Positions 39,306 through 51,249 of a stretch of DNA of 64,000 bases are shown here, piece after piece. Source of the DNA: Octopus bimaculoides (Eukaryota); the NCBI RefSeq assembly GCF_001194135.2, contig NC_069004.1:33715257-33779256 (forward strand), given 5' to 3'. A program made the position numbers and the translations under genes. The notes under the pieces were generated by a model. It made no database searches, had not been told where the DNA came from, and saw nothing but the letters and a program-made list of their open reading frames with translations. The stretch's first letter is position 1. Each line of letters starts with the position of its first letter.

Positions 39306-40069
39306 ATAGAAAAATCTAATAAAAAAGGGGGGACAACTCCAAAAGCTCCGCACTCACGCCCTCTTGTTATGTAGCGCTCTCATCTCTTTTCTTCTAACAT
39401 TTTCTTCACAAACTATGGGACTCTGTTGCTGTTTTCTACGGAAAAACGACCACGAAGATGAAACCAATTTGAACCCTGACCCGGTCAGTGCAGCCTTTTA
39501 GTCTTTCTCCGTGTCTGTTTCCTATATGTTGAGTATTTTTGTCAGTTCGGGCTGTCAGGTTGCCTGTCTGTGTCTCTGTTTAGAGATATCTCTCTCTATA
39601 TATCGATATAGTTATATTCTTGTGTATCAGTCTCTCTGTCTCCTTCCCTCAGTCTCTCTCTCCCTTTTTATTTTCACGTATATGTTCTCATTAGTGCGTT
39701 TGTCTCCTTTTCTTTCATTACAATGTCTCTCTGCCTTCCATCATTAACCTCTCTCCTTGCTTCTCTCACTGTTTCTTTTCTTCCATGACTATGTCTTTCT
39801 CTCACTATATCCATCTAATCGCTCTCTCTCTCTTACGCCTTCCCTCTTTTACTCTGCATCTCTCTCTCTCACTTTCTCTTACTCTGACTGGACTATCGTT
39901 GTTTGGCTCAATGTTTTTCAAAACAAATACCCCTCCCTCTCATCTCTATAAACGAGAAGACAAACACAGTCTACATTCGTATCCATAATTCTTTCTTGTC
40001 CTAGCAATGCCTGTTGGACAAATTTTAAAAATTTAGAATGTTATTAAGCATGGTTAAAAAATTAAAAAA

Positions 40070-40158
40070 GGCGATCTTTCAATACCAGTACGAAATATCG
40101 GCCAAAGACACTTTTTACGGAAAAGGCCGATATTTCGTACTAGTATCGAAAGATCGCC
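40070..40158. mobile_element. 89-bp hairpin MITE (34-bp TIRs, GGCG termini)
   Basis: 40070-40103 and 40125-40158 are complementary at 32/34. Confidence 0.8.
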
Positions 40159-41227
40159 AAAAAAAAAAAACACGCAAAAAAAATTCCACCGCAACCCCAC
40201 CGCCAATATTTAGCTCCAGTTAATCCTGGTCGAACAGACCTGGGATAGAAAATATTTCAATCGTGACAATTCCATCTTTTAGAGATTTGTGGGAAGGGTC
40301 CCGCCTCTAATACAGCAGGATGCGTTTTGAGGAAGATTTAGACTGCTATTTCTAGCACGTATATTATCTATCACTTATTGGTTCCTTCCTCTAAACACAC
40401 ATATATATGTATGTGTTTGTATTCTCTCTTCCCATCCCGGAGATGAGTCCTCACCACTTCCCTAAATAAATCTCTTTTATACTCTAGCGTCCGTGACGGT
40501 GTCTCTATTGATATGTTCCTGTGTAACAATGTTCCTATCTCAGCTCCGTGTTTACCTGTTATTATGGTAGAGGCTCTCCCATTTCCTTATAGATAGAAAT
40601 CTAAACATTGTATGGCTTCAAAACTGTTATAATCAAGACTCGATTCGTCTACGAATATTCTTATCTCTTCATCGGATAGGATTAATTTGTGCTCAGAAAG
40701 TAGCCACATGTCGTTATGACTTGTCACCATGTAGCGGCTGCACGCTGCTTCTTCAGACAAGAGTAAAGGGGGTAACACAGNNNNNNNNNNNNNNNNNNNN
40801 NNNNNNNNNNNNNNNNNNNNNNNNNNNNNNNNNNNNNNNNNNNNNNNNNNNNNNNNNNNNNNNNNNNNNNNNNNNNNNNNNNNNNNNNNNNNNNNNNNNN
40901 NNNNNNNNNNNNNNNNNNNNNNNNNNNNNNNNNNNNNNNNNNNNNNNNNNNNNNNNNNNNNNNAAATTAATAGTTATCGCCAAGCCAACATGGCAGTCCC
41001 AAAATTAGGACGAAAGCTATATATATATATAGTGAGAGAGAGAGAGAGAGAGACAGCAGGTCAGTTGGAATAATACTGTCCACTTCTACGGACAGCGGTT
41101 ATCTGGAAACTGGAAGGGGAAATCCCACATGAAAACTGCTGTCCCAATAGACAGAAAAATGCACAAATTACTTAGTCGTCATAGAGTGTAAATAGTAAAC
41201 ATTAAAGGGTTCGCCATATTGTATATA

Positions 41228-41321
41228 TGGCGAAAGTAAAGAATACATACACTTAGTGTTCAGGGTTAGGGTTTTTGTTACATCGAAAACGAGTGGTGTA
41301 CGTATTCTTTACTTCCGCCAT
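41228..41321. mobile_element. Short MITE with about 25-bp TIRs and internal GGGTTAGGGTT
   Basis: TGGCGAAAGTAAAGAATACATACAC vs GTGTACGTATTCTTTTACTTCCGCCA; TA-rich flanks. Confidence 0.65.
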
Positions 41322-41647
41322 TATATATATAATGTATTATACAACGTAAATAGGTGGTGTATGCGTATAATAATTGTAATGAGCTTATTGTATACAGTAC
41401 TCAATTGCACTTCGACTGTTAATACCTATATTGATCTGTGTGACCTCGCGTTTTCTCCTCGCCCCAGGTCGGCTCTGACTGTGTAGACTTATAATCCAAG
41501 ACGTTCCAACCATAACCATTCCGCCTCTTTTTTTTTTGTATATTTAGGGCGACATTGTATGTGTTCCTTTTTTCAGGATGGTGGTGTGGTTTGGTGGGAG
41601 AACAGCTACTATTTCTAACGATCCAAATGACCATAAAAAGGGTCTTC

Positions 41648-41899
41648 GGCAATCTTTACCAAAGATCGACCTTTTCCGTAAAAAGTGTTGGACGGAAAGA
41701 GGGAAACGACGTCGTAAAAGCGAAAGAGATACAGAGAGTGCGATTTCTTTAGAAGGGGTTAGGGTTTGAAGGGGTTAGGGTTTTGGGGTTAGGGAATTCC
41801 ATCCCGAACTGTAACCCTAACTCTAAAACTAACCCTAACACCCTACGTGTGGGTGTTACGGAAAAGGCTGATATTTCGTACTGGTATCGAAAGATCGCT
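41648..41899. mobile_element. Longer member of the 40070 MITE family with inverted telomere-like arrays
   Basis: Right end TTACGGAAAAGGCTGATATTTCGTACTGGTATCGAAAGATCGC matches 40116-40157; internal GGGTTAGGG-type run (41754-41794) and CCCTAA-type run (41813-41843). Confidence 0.75.
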
Positions 41900-42814
41900 C
41901 AAGCTTGGTTATGTGGTTAAAAATTTCACTTTGCATCCACTTGGTCCTAGGTTCAGTCCCACTGCACGGCACACTGGGTTAGTGTCTTTTACTGTTGCCC
42001 AGATTGACGTCCCCAATGGTAGTGGTTTCTTCATTTTGGCCTTCCAGAATTGGGCCCCCATCCAACATCGTTCCGACGTTCCAGGAGCCAAAAATCGATT
42101 TGATGTGTTTCCTTCTTGCTTTATTTTTTACTGCAGAAATGGAGAACCCACTGCACGTGGTATCCCAGACCAGTTAAGGTAAGATGAGTGGGCAGTTTTT
42201 ATCCCTACTTTTATTGGGCCATCTCAGGATTGGGGTTTAGGGGGCTGCGTTCTCATTTGAGTTAGATGAATAGCAGCTGCCACTCTTCCACATACCCATG
42301 ACCATCCTTCTCAAATTGCCAATGTGCAGATTTCCAGTTAGTGGCCTCCATCTTCTCAAATCTTCCAGTCATCATTCATCTACGACAGGCAAACAGTTAA
42401 CTCCCTGCCTTTCACCAGCCGAGCTAGCCTCTTATAGGGTTGGAACTAGATAAATGGAAGGAGTGAGGTTTAGCAAAGGGAGTTTCCATGTCATTAGGTG
42501 GAGTTACCAAACAAGCAGATCGGAGAGGCTTCACTGTTGAAATGACAGTTTGGAGTACAGTGAGACATATTTGGTAAGGTATGGAATGAAAGGCTGTGAG
42601 ACCAACCTGCATGAGTGTCATGTTCATAAGTCCTTTTAACATTAGAGATGATATGCAGTTTCTTTCTAGCAGACAAACAGACATCCCTAAGAGAAGGACA
42701 GTGAGAAGTGTGTGTGTGTGTGACACTCAACCCTTTTTTTGTCTGTGGACCCCTTCGATTCCTGTTTTGCTTGGGTGGACCCTCATAACCATTCAATGTT
42801 AAAAAAAATCCTAT

Positions 42815-43005
42815 CACAAGGATGTGTTGAAAAGTTCCTGGCTTTGGGTAAGAGAAAATACAAGAGGATCAGTAAGTTATGATTTCCTTCAACATATTCC
42901 CCTCTCAGATTCACACACTTATTGCAGCAGTCCTGTTTTTCTATGCCCTAAAAAAGAACTCAGAGGGTTGGGCCTCCAACCAGGTCTTTCGTGATATCCC
43001 TAAAG
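42815..43005. mobile_element. mariner-type MITE left part
   Basis: Homology to 9405-9587. Confidence 0.6.
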
Positions 43006-43479
43006 ACAATAGGTGAATTATTTTGGAAATTATGATAAATTTTTCAAAAAGTCCCAAATGGGGATTACTGAAAAAAAAAAAGCATATTCTTTTCTATTCA
43101 ATTGCAATAATAAACATTTCAGTTTTTTTTTTAAACTATAGTATCAAATGCGAATGTGTATGAAATACCAATGAATGATATAAATGGGAAATGCAAAAAC
43201 AAAAAGAAAAAAAAACCGTTTTTAAAACAGTCAGTATTTTTGTAGTTCAAAGATTGCGATTTATGACATAAAATGTCCTCCAGAATTAGCCAGAGTTAAT
43301 AATGACAAACTTTAACTATAAAATATTGTTAAAAACACCTCTGCAAATACAATGTCCATAAGCAATTCCCTTTAAATACAATGAACAACCAGCAGTGAGA
43401 CTGTTCTTAGCAGATCCCCAAAAGGGGCCCATGGCAGGCTATGGGTTGATATTTTGGTCACTATCAAGGTGGCTAGCTG

Positions 43480-43685
43480 TCCAAACCATTAGCAAACCAG
43501 GCAAAATGCTTAGCGGCATTTTGTCTGTCTTTATGTTCTCAGTTCAAATTCTGTCACAGTCGCCTTTTGCCTTTCATCTTTACAGAGTCGATAAAATAAG
43601 TACCAGTTGCGTACTGGGGTCGATGCAATTACCTTATCCCCCTCCCTCTAAAATTGCTGGCCTTGTGCCAAAATTTGAAACCAAT
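43480..43685 (+). mobile_element. SINE family B, CpG-decayed
   Basis: Homology to family B. Confidence 0.8.
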
Positions 43686-43954
43686 ATTTTTGTTTGATAT
43701 TGGTTCAAAAGAATGGTTTGACCACTTGTTTGTTTTGACATGTTCCCTCTTCATTTATTTTTTGGCCAGGAGGTACGCAGAAGACAGATGGCTGACGCTG
43801 CTGAGAAACGAAAGAAATCCCAAGAATATCGGGGCATAACGGACCCAGAAGGCTATAAAAGACGGCAGAAAAAACAGCAACAGTTAGACGAACTAGACTC
43901 ACAACCGTCGGAAAATACCAATCTAAGGGTTTGTATAGAATTTGTTTAATGTGT

Positions 43955-44430
43955 ATAAAAGACCCTCTTCGGTCGTGAATGACCATGGGGTGGCATCTAG
44001 AAAGTCCCTCTCCGAGGCACAGATCCAGATAAGGTGGTTTTTGGAAGACCATCAGATCCCCATGCAAACCAGCCTCCCCTCTCCTTGCCATTATATGTAC
44101 ATAGGGTAAAGGGTAGAGACCCCCTTTTGGTCATGAATGATTGTGGGATTGCACCTAGAAAGTTCCCCTCCGAGGCACAAGTCCGGGTAAGGTTGTTTAT
44201 GGGAGACCAGCAGTCGCCCATGCATACCAGCCTCCCTTTTACATGCCACCGATGTTATCCAAGGGAAAAGTGAAGACTGATACAGCTCGGCACCAGTGAT
44301 GTCACAACTCATTTCTACAGTTGAGTGAACTAGAATAACATGAAATAAAGTGTCTTGCTCAAGAACGCAACACACAGCCTGGTCTGGGAATCAAACTCAC
44401 TACCTCATGCTTGTGAGACTGATGCTCTAA
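43955..44430 (-). mobile_element. tRNA-headed SINE with an internal 157-bp tandem duplication
   Basis: Head on minus near 44330-44430 (GAGTTTGATTCCC); duplicated units start at 43961 and 44118. Confidence 0.7.
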
Positions 44431-44439
44431 GCACTGTGC

Positions 44440-44471
<32 letters not shown>

Positions 44472-47400
44472 GTGAGAAGCCTGCTTCACAACCACATGGT
44501 TTCTGGGTTCAGTCCCACTGGGTCAAGTGTCTTCTACTATAGCCTTGGTGATGGCTGAGTCCGCCAATTCCCATTCTAAAGACAACCAACCATCTTTTGA
44601 AGGGAATCTGCTCCATTGAGTATCTCAACAGACTTCAGTTCAAACTCATTGTCTCTAATGGCTGTCCCCGTTATCTTTACAAATAATTTATCATTTACTT
44701 AATTATCCTTGCACTACCTTCAAATCTAATTAAAATGATTTAATTTGATTTCAATTTCTTTCTTTCCTTTTTCTAGTGGCAAGTAGATTGAACAATTTTT
44801 GAAGAATTGAGAAGCAGGAGGTCCATTTCCAAAGACTTTTCTATAATCTATGATGACAAAAAATACTACAAAAACAAACCTTTTTTTTTTCCACCTCTGA
44901 ATATATTCTTTTATATTTGGTTCTATTTATGATAATAAAATCCTGTAACCGTCTTTTCAAAGTACCCTATACCTGGGGTCATTGTCTATGCTCTGTCTCA
45001 TGTCCCTATTAATTTGTCATAATTTTCAAACCCTTAAAATTAATCTTCTCCACTCAATTTCATGTGTGTGTGAGATGATGGTGATGGTGATGATGATATT
45101 TATTTCTTTGAAAACTTTATTAATTTTCTTTTTTTTTTTACCCCCCTCTCTATGTGTTAGGAATAAAAATAAAATAAATTATTATATAAATAAATATTAT
45201 TATAAAAAAAGTTTTGGTAGAGAATGAAGACCACCAAAGCTTTTCCTATCTGTTTCTTGTCTCATCGCACTATACACACTCCTGGTTCTCTTAACCCAGG
45301 GAATTCTCATTTAAAACCCCTTGAATTTCTTTGTATAAATGATGTTAGGAACTGTGTGTGTGTGTGTGTGTATTAGAATGTACCATGTGAAATATAATCT
45401 TCTTAAAAGAAAAATTAAAACTATTTTAAATTGAGTTAAAGAAACTTATTTAATTAAACTAATCTTTTATCAATGTGATGTTAAATGAACCTTTTATTTG
45501 GCCCTAATATTCTGTTTGTTTTTTATGTTCAAACCAGCTAGATCTGGCTTCTCACACCTACCCGACAATGTCATTCTAACAATAAACAATAATTTGAAAT
45601 CTTGAAGCCACAAAATAACGTATGATTAGATTAAATAAATACACATTACATTTGACAGAGCAGCCTTAATGCTAACGTGTCCCACAATCCAACAAAAAAA
45701 AACTCCTTCTTTGAGAGTTGGAACTTCTCAAATTCTTCATCTGCTTTTTGATTCCCAAATCTTCTATTAGAGTGTGAACAGTTCCAGCTGTTCGAAAAGA
45801 TGTTGAGCGAGGTGGGTGTGAATTTTCACAAAGAGTTCTGGTTGTGATCAGTGTTAAGGCAAAGCCTTCTCTTCATACGGTGGAATTTGTCTGTTTCGTT
45901 TCTGTCTCTGAACCCGTTCTTGGCTGTTTTGATTTTGGTTTTTCATGTATACGGTTGATTCCCTGACAGTATGAGTTTGTAGTTATAGATTCCTGTTGTT
46001 CGCAAGAAAGAATACTACAATATATCTTTTATAAACCATTCTACAGTCATTATAAGTTTCAATGGAATGCAGTGGCTGCTTTGGAAAACGTTTCAAAGAC
46101 TTTTCTGCATCTCCCTCCTTGCTGGGAATCTTCAGTATTCTCAAACCACACTCATTTCTTTCACATCTAAAACGATGGCACAATAAAAGCTACTAAAATC
46201 CTACTAAGGATTAGCACTCCTCAGTTGCACCATTAAATGGTCACAATGTCTCATATTCTGTAGAAGAACCCTTTGTCCAGTTTCTTCACTTTTCTGATGT
46301 CACAGCAGGAAATAAAAGTGAAGTTAAGTTACCTTGGGTCATACTGACTCATAAGGGCTGCTTTCCATGGCCTATATATTCTCCACTGGGACAGGACGCT
46401 GGTCAATTGCATGATTACTCACTTTTTCCAGCTGGAGCAGCATGAAGTGTTTTGCTCAAGAATGCAATGCAGGGCCTGGTCCAGGAATTGAAACCACACT
46501 CTTATGATCATGAGTCCAACACCCTAACCACTAAGCCATGTGTCTCCACACCGAAGAAAATGGCCAAAGGAGCTACAACTAAGTCTACTGCAAATTGCCA
46601 AACTCATGTCCTGATATTTCTGTCCACCGATTCTTTTGTCTTCATTCCTGACTGGTTTTTGTTTCTCTCTTGAAGTTCATTCTAAAGACTCTCATCTCTA
46701 GAATGAAATTTCCCAACAACCATTGCTACGTTGTTTGTAGATTAACACCACAATCCTCTCCGAATGCTAAATTGGTGTATGGTTATTTCGTAGGTTTGGC
46801 TGAATTGCATCTTAATAAGGACATATATATATAGGGAACACAAGAAGAAGAAAAAAAAGAATCATCCTTGTTCCAAAGGTCACTATATTGTGGAGGGAGC
46901 ACAAAATACTTATTAGCGACACCACCACCTGAAAAGTGAAATCAAAGAAATATAAAAGGCCTCCCAATTGTACAAAATGGGTTAACCGACCTCCTGTCAC
47001 TTCTGTTAACATTTAGGACTGTAGATTGTAAAGGGTTTCATATTGAGAAAACGTTTCATGTGGTATACTCTAATACTCATCTAACTTTCTAGCTAGCAAG
47101 CTAGATCTGTCTGTCTGGCAAGCTATCTAGCAATCAGGTTAGCTAGCTAGCTAGCTATTTAGATATACAGATAAAGAAAACAGGAAATGTTAATGTTAGG
47201 AAAATAGAGAATGAAAAGAAAAGAGGAAAGAAAAATAACTAAAAACCATCTTTCATTCTGATTTCTTGAGCAAGTTTTTTTTTCCAGCTATTAAAGATAG
47301 CATCTCGACTTTTATAATTCAAAGAGTGGAATTTATGATATTACAATTAATTCTTTACTTACATGTGATTTGACATGTGTTGAAGCACTCATAACTAAAG

Positions 47401-47693
47401 AATTATCTTTAATACCATTAATGCCATTCTTTGGCTTAATGTATTATACTCTGTGACTTATTGTTTTAGCCCTGGAATTTCAATTTACATGCACAGTCCC
47501 CTTTTAGGGAAATCCCCTATTTATATACACTGTTAACCAATATTTGCAAGAGTGCTGACTAAGGAACAGCTTGGATTTATTAATCCCACCTTAATCTGAA
47601 ATGATCTGCCTTTGGTACAGCTAAATTTGTTCAATTTGAATGTTGAAGAATTAGCTTAACACTTCAGAGTTCCTAATGCTAATACCATTTTAA

Positions 47694-47877
47694 CCCTTTA
47701 AGCATTTAAACTGACCATATCCAGCCTAAATATTCTGTTTTATGTTCAAACAGGCCAGATCTGGCCTCTTACACTTACCCCACAATGTCATATCATTGAA
47801 ATCTCAAAGCTATGAGATAATGCAGAATTAATTCAAAGCATTACATTTGAGAGAATAATGTGAATAATGCTAAAGAA
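47694..47877. mobile_element. piggyBac-like MITE with TTAA target duplication
   Basis: TTAA-CCCTTTAAGCATT ... AATGCTAAAGAA-TTAA; a more degenerate relative at about 45490-45680. Confidence 0.6.
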
Positions 47878-48344
47878 TTAAGGGATTACTATAATTTTCT
47901 AAACAAAAATTTTGAATTTAAAATATAAATAAATAAATAAAACCAATCCCTGTTTGGTTTCTGAAAGATTTTTCTTGCCAAAACTAACCTTTCTATAAAA
48001 TCAGCCTTAATTACCAGCCAATCAGATTTGGCAAACTTAAAATTCTAAAGAGCATTAATTATCTCAAAGAAACCATCTTTCACAATGATTGACAGCTGCA
48101 AATATGGTCCTGGAATTATTTTTTCGTTTTGTTTCTTATTTCCACAAACCCATAACCTCTAGCAGAAAAAACCTGTTTTAACCCTAAATCTATATTTCTA
48201 TTTCTCCTAAATATTGTAAAGTCATATATTTTTTTATTCTTCCTCAATTTTGGCTTTGTAAAATTTTTAGGAAATAAATCAATATTGCTTTATCTTTCTT
48301 GTTTTTGTTTTAAGTTTATTATTATTATTATTAATTCATTTTTT

Positions 48345-48535
48345 AAAGATGGCAGAATCATTAGCAGGCTGGGCAAAATGCTTAGCAGTATTTTGTCTGT
48401 ATTCATGTTCCAAGGTCAACTTTGCCTTTCATCCTTTCAGGGCCAATAAAATAAATACCAGTTATACACTGGGGTCAATGTAATCGACTTAGCCGCTCCC
48501 AGAAATTTCTGGCCTTGTGCCTTCAGTGGAAAGGG
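48345..48535 (+). mobile_element. SINE family B, CpG-decayed
   Basis: Homology to family B. Confidence 0.8.
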
Positions 48536-48924
48536 TTATTCAATAATTGGCACACCCACCCTAAAATGGATGTATTGTTTGGATCATCTTAAACTGTTGT
48601 TAACATTCAGATATATTATTTAGTGCTGCCGACACCTGCTAATTAAGCAGTGACTATATTAGGTGACGAAACGATCGTCTGCACCAGTGGATGGCACTAC
48701 TGCATCGAGTGATTTCACCCTTGCTGCAGATGATCAGTGACAGCCTACCTCCCACCAAATACCAGAATAGGAATCAGTTGAAATGATAGAGTATCATGAT
48801 GACCAAGCAACCAGTTACATCACGAAGAGCCAATGGCCTACAAATTAATTAGCAACAGTAGCAGTGTTCGTCATGAATAAGTTGTTGTTGTTGTTGTTAT
48901 TATTTCTGACAAAAATCAAGTGGT

Positions 48925-49125
48925 GAGCTGGCAGAACCGTTAGCACGCTGGGCAGAATGTTAAGTGGCATTTCCTCTGTCTTGCCGTTCTGAGTTCAAAT
49001 GCCACTGGGGTTGATTTGCCTTTCAGTCTTTCTGGGGCGAAAAGTACCAGTTGAAAACTGAGGTCGATGTAATCGACTGTACCTCTCCCCAAAATTTCAG
49101 GCCCTGTGCCTATAGCAGAAAGGGT
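48925..49125 (+). mobile_element. SINE family B
   Basis: GGTGAGCTGGCAGAACCGTTAGCACGC head. Confidence 0.8.
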
Positions 49126-49149
49126 TATTTATTTCTAATAAAAATTGTC

Positions 49150-49770
49150 TGAACTTCCCAGTTCCGTTCTACACCGACTTGGGTCAGCTGCTCCGAGGGA
49201 AATAACTCGTTCTCCTTGCTTTACTAAGGCGATTCAGTTAGCTCCCTTAGGAAATCATTAAGAACAGAAAGCTTTTTAGTGTTTCTTTTCGTTCATCTGA
49301 TGTGTTTTTCTGTGGAATGACGAAGAAACCGCAATCACTCTCTCCCCACCACCACCGCCACACACACACACTTGAAAGAAGAGAACTATATTTATCGGAA
49401 TGGGTGGAGGATATCTTCAGGTCGTCACCAATGCGAAGATCTGCTGGTGAACGATGATGAATAATAAGTTGGACAGAAGCCAATGGGGTAACTTCAACAT
49501 GGCGCTCCATTTTTGCTAGAAACAGCAGCTAAAACCACATCCACTTTCGTCCATAAAAAAAAAAAAAAAAATCTTAAAAAATGTAATTTTCGACGACGTT
49601 GCTCATGGCTCTGTTCGGTCAAGACTGGCCAAGGGCTAAATTACAACAACAATTGACTGACAATTATTAACAGACTGCACGTGATCTCGTGATAATATCA
49701 CTTCTAACAATACAAAGACGTGACGGTGGCGGTGGTGATGGTAGTAATAATGGTAGGTGAACGTGATAAT
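49150..49770. promoter_or_regulatory. CpG-rich promoter-like patch with CCAAT box and back-to-back YY1-type motifs
   Basis: Many CG dinucleotides compared with the left flank. GCCAAT at 49479-49484; CAACATGGCG at 49495-49504 (+); AAAAATGGAG at 49514-49505 (-). Confidence 0.4.
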
Positions 49771-50165
49771 GGTGGTAACTCAGAAATAGCATTTTTATAT
49801 AAAGTTCATTTGATGGCATTGGTATATTTTTTTGAAGAATAACTGAGATTCTATCACTCCATAGTATCTGAGAGACAGCACCTTTCGTGATTNNNNNNNN
49901 NNNNNNNNNNNNNNNNNNNNNNNNNNNNNNNNNNNNNNNNNNNNNNNNNNNNNNNNNNNNNNNNNNNNNNNNNNNNNNNNNNNNNNNNNNNNNNNNNNNN
50001 NNNNNNNNNNNNNNNNNNNNNNNNNNNNNNNNNNNNNNNNNNNNNNNNNNNNNNNNNNNNNNNNNNNNNNNNNNNNNNNNNNNNNNNNNNNNNNNNNNNN
50101 NNNNNNNNNNNNNNNNNNNNNNNNNNNNNNNNNNNNNNNNNNNNNNNNNNNNNNNNNNNNNNNNN

Positions 50166-50208
<43 letters not shown>

Positions 50209-50427
50209 ACCCCAAAGAATTCTTCAACACATGGCCATGATGTTCCTCCACTGCTCTTGCTCGTGTTTAGAGATGCACATCTCCTCATCCATCAAAGGGA
50301 CATGCTCAACTGGTTAAGGTCAAACAACTGACAAGCAAATCTGTGGTATTGAGCAGAATATTTACTGTAGCCCATTTATACCAAGAATGGTAACAATTAT
50401 TACAATGATGATGAGACTAGTATTAAC

Positions 50428-51227
50428 GATGTTCTTGGGGAAACTCTAGATGTCGTCAAAGATCAACTCACTGGTCTGATCTGGAGGACTTTCAGACTGG
50501 AGCCTATGGATAACTTCTAGAAATCCCTCACCTGGCAGTGCTACCAAGGGGCGCAGCCTGTTCAGGATAAACTTTACAGGCACGGAAATGCTGTTAGATG
50601 GGCCTGCCCAAGATGCGTTCAGAATGATGAAACCGTTCTGCACGCCCTCGTCCAGTGCCCGAGCATTGCTGACCCGTGGATTTATGTCAAACACCTGCTG
50701 TCGCGTGTAGGATGGACCTGGCTATCAGCTGAATCCACGGGAGGAGCAGGCAATTTCTGTTTGTCCGGTGCCTGTAGCAAAAGAGGTAGTATGGTGGACT
50801 TGATTGAATGGGCTAAAGTCAGACCCTTTCCTCTTTGGCCAAACCCTCATCAACTTTCTCAAGTTTCACTTGAAAAGGAAGTTGAGGGTGGAGGGGGAAG
50901 CATTGCCTTGTAGCAAGTTTGTTGAGAAGTGGGTGAATGTTGGAAGAATGGTCAGGGTGAAAGGACCAATTATGAGTATACACCTGTGAAAAATAAAAGA
51001 AGGGCTCTTGCCCTGTTGGTCAGGCACCCGTGGCTCTTGTGGGTTTTTCCACAAGTAACCTTAAAGCACCTCTCCTTATTAGGAGTTTTACTTGTTTAAT
51101 TTTTATTGTTATTTACTGTGTATATGAACATTAAAAAACCCATTGTATCGTCCGGTTTTTGTCTTTTAATGTAATTGTATGTCTTTTATATCTATTTATA
51201 TTAACCCTTGTGGCCAATAAAAGAATG
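50428..51227 (+). mobile_element. 5'-truncated Tx1/L1-clade LINE: ORF2 C-terminus and 3' UTR
   Basis: Translates DVLGETLD..IWRTFRLEPMDNF*KSLTWQCYQGAQPVQDKLYRHGNAVRWACPRCVQNDETVLHALVQC (C-x2-C-x8-H-x4-C zinc knuckle). In-frame TAG at 50518; frameshift; ORF ends 50989; AATAAA near 51215. Confidence 0.8.
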
Positions 51228-51249
51228 AATTATTATTATTTATATATCT

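Noticed and set aside
41754-41843. Chromosome end
   Set aside because: Only a few degenerate TTAGGG units, internal to a TIR element.
43961-44270. HDV-like ribozyme in the RTE-like SINE body
   Set aside because: I could not assign the nested double pseudoknot by eye; needs a descriptor search.
48790-48910. C/D snoRNA (ATGATGA...CTGA)
   Set aside because: No terminal stem, contains a (GTT)n run, and no recognisable rRNA antisense element.
3925-50251. Long ORFs of 200-390 aa in the supplied track
   Set aside because: They consist mostly of X from assembly gaps plus (TA)n/(CA)n translations (YIYI, HTHT); not genes.
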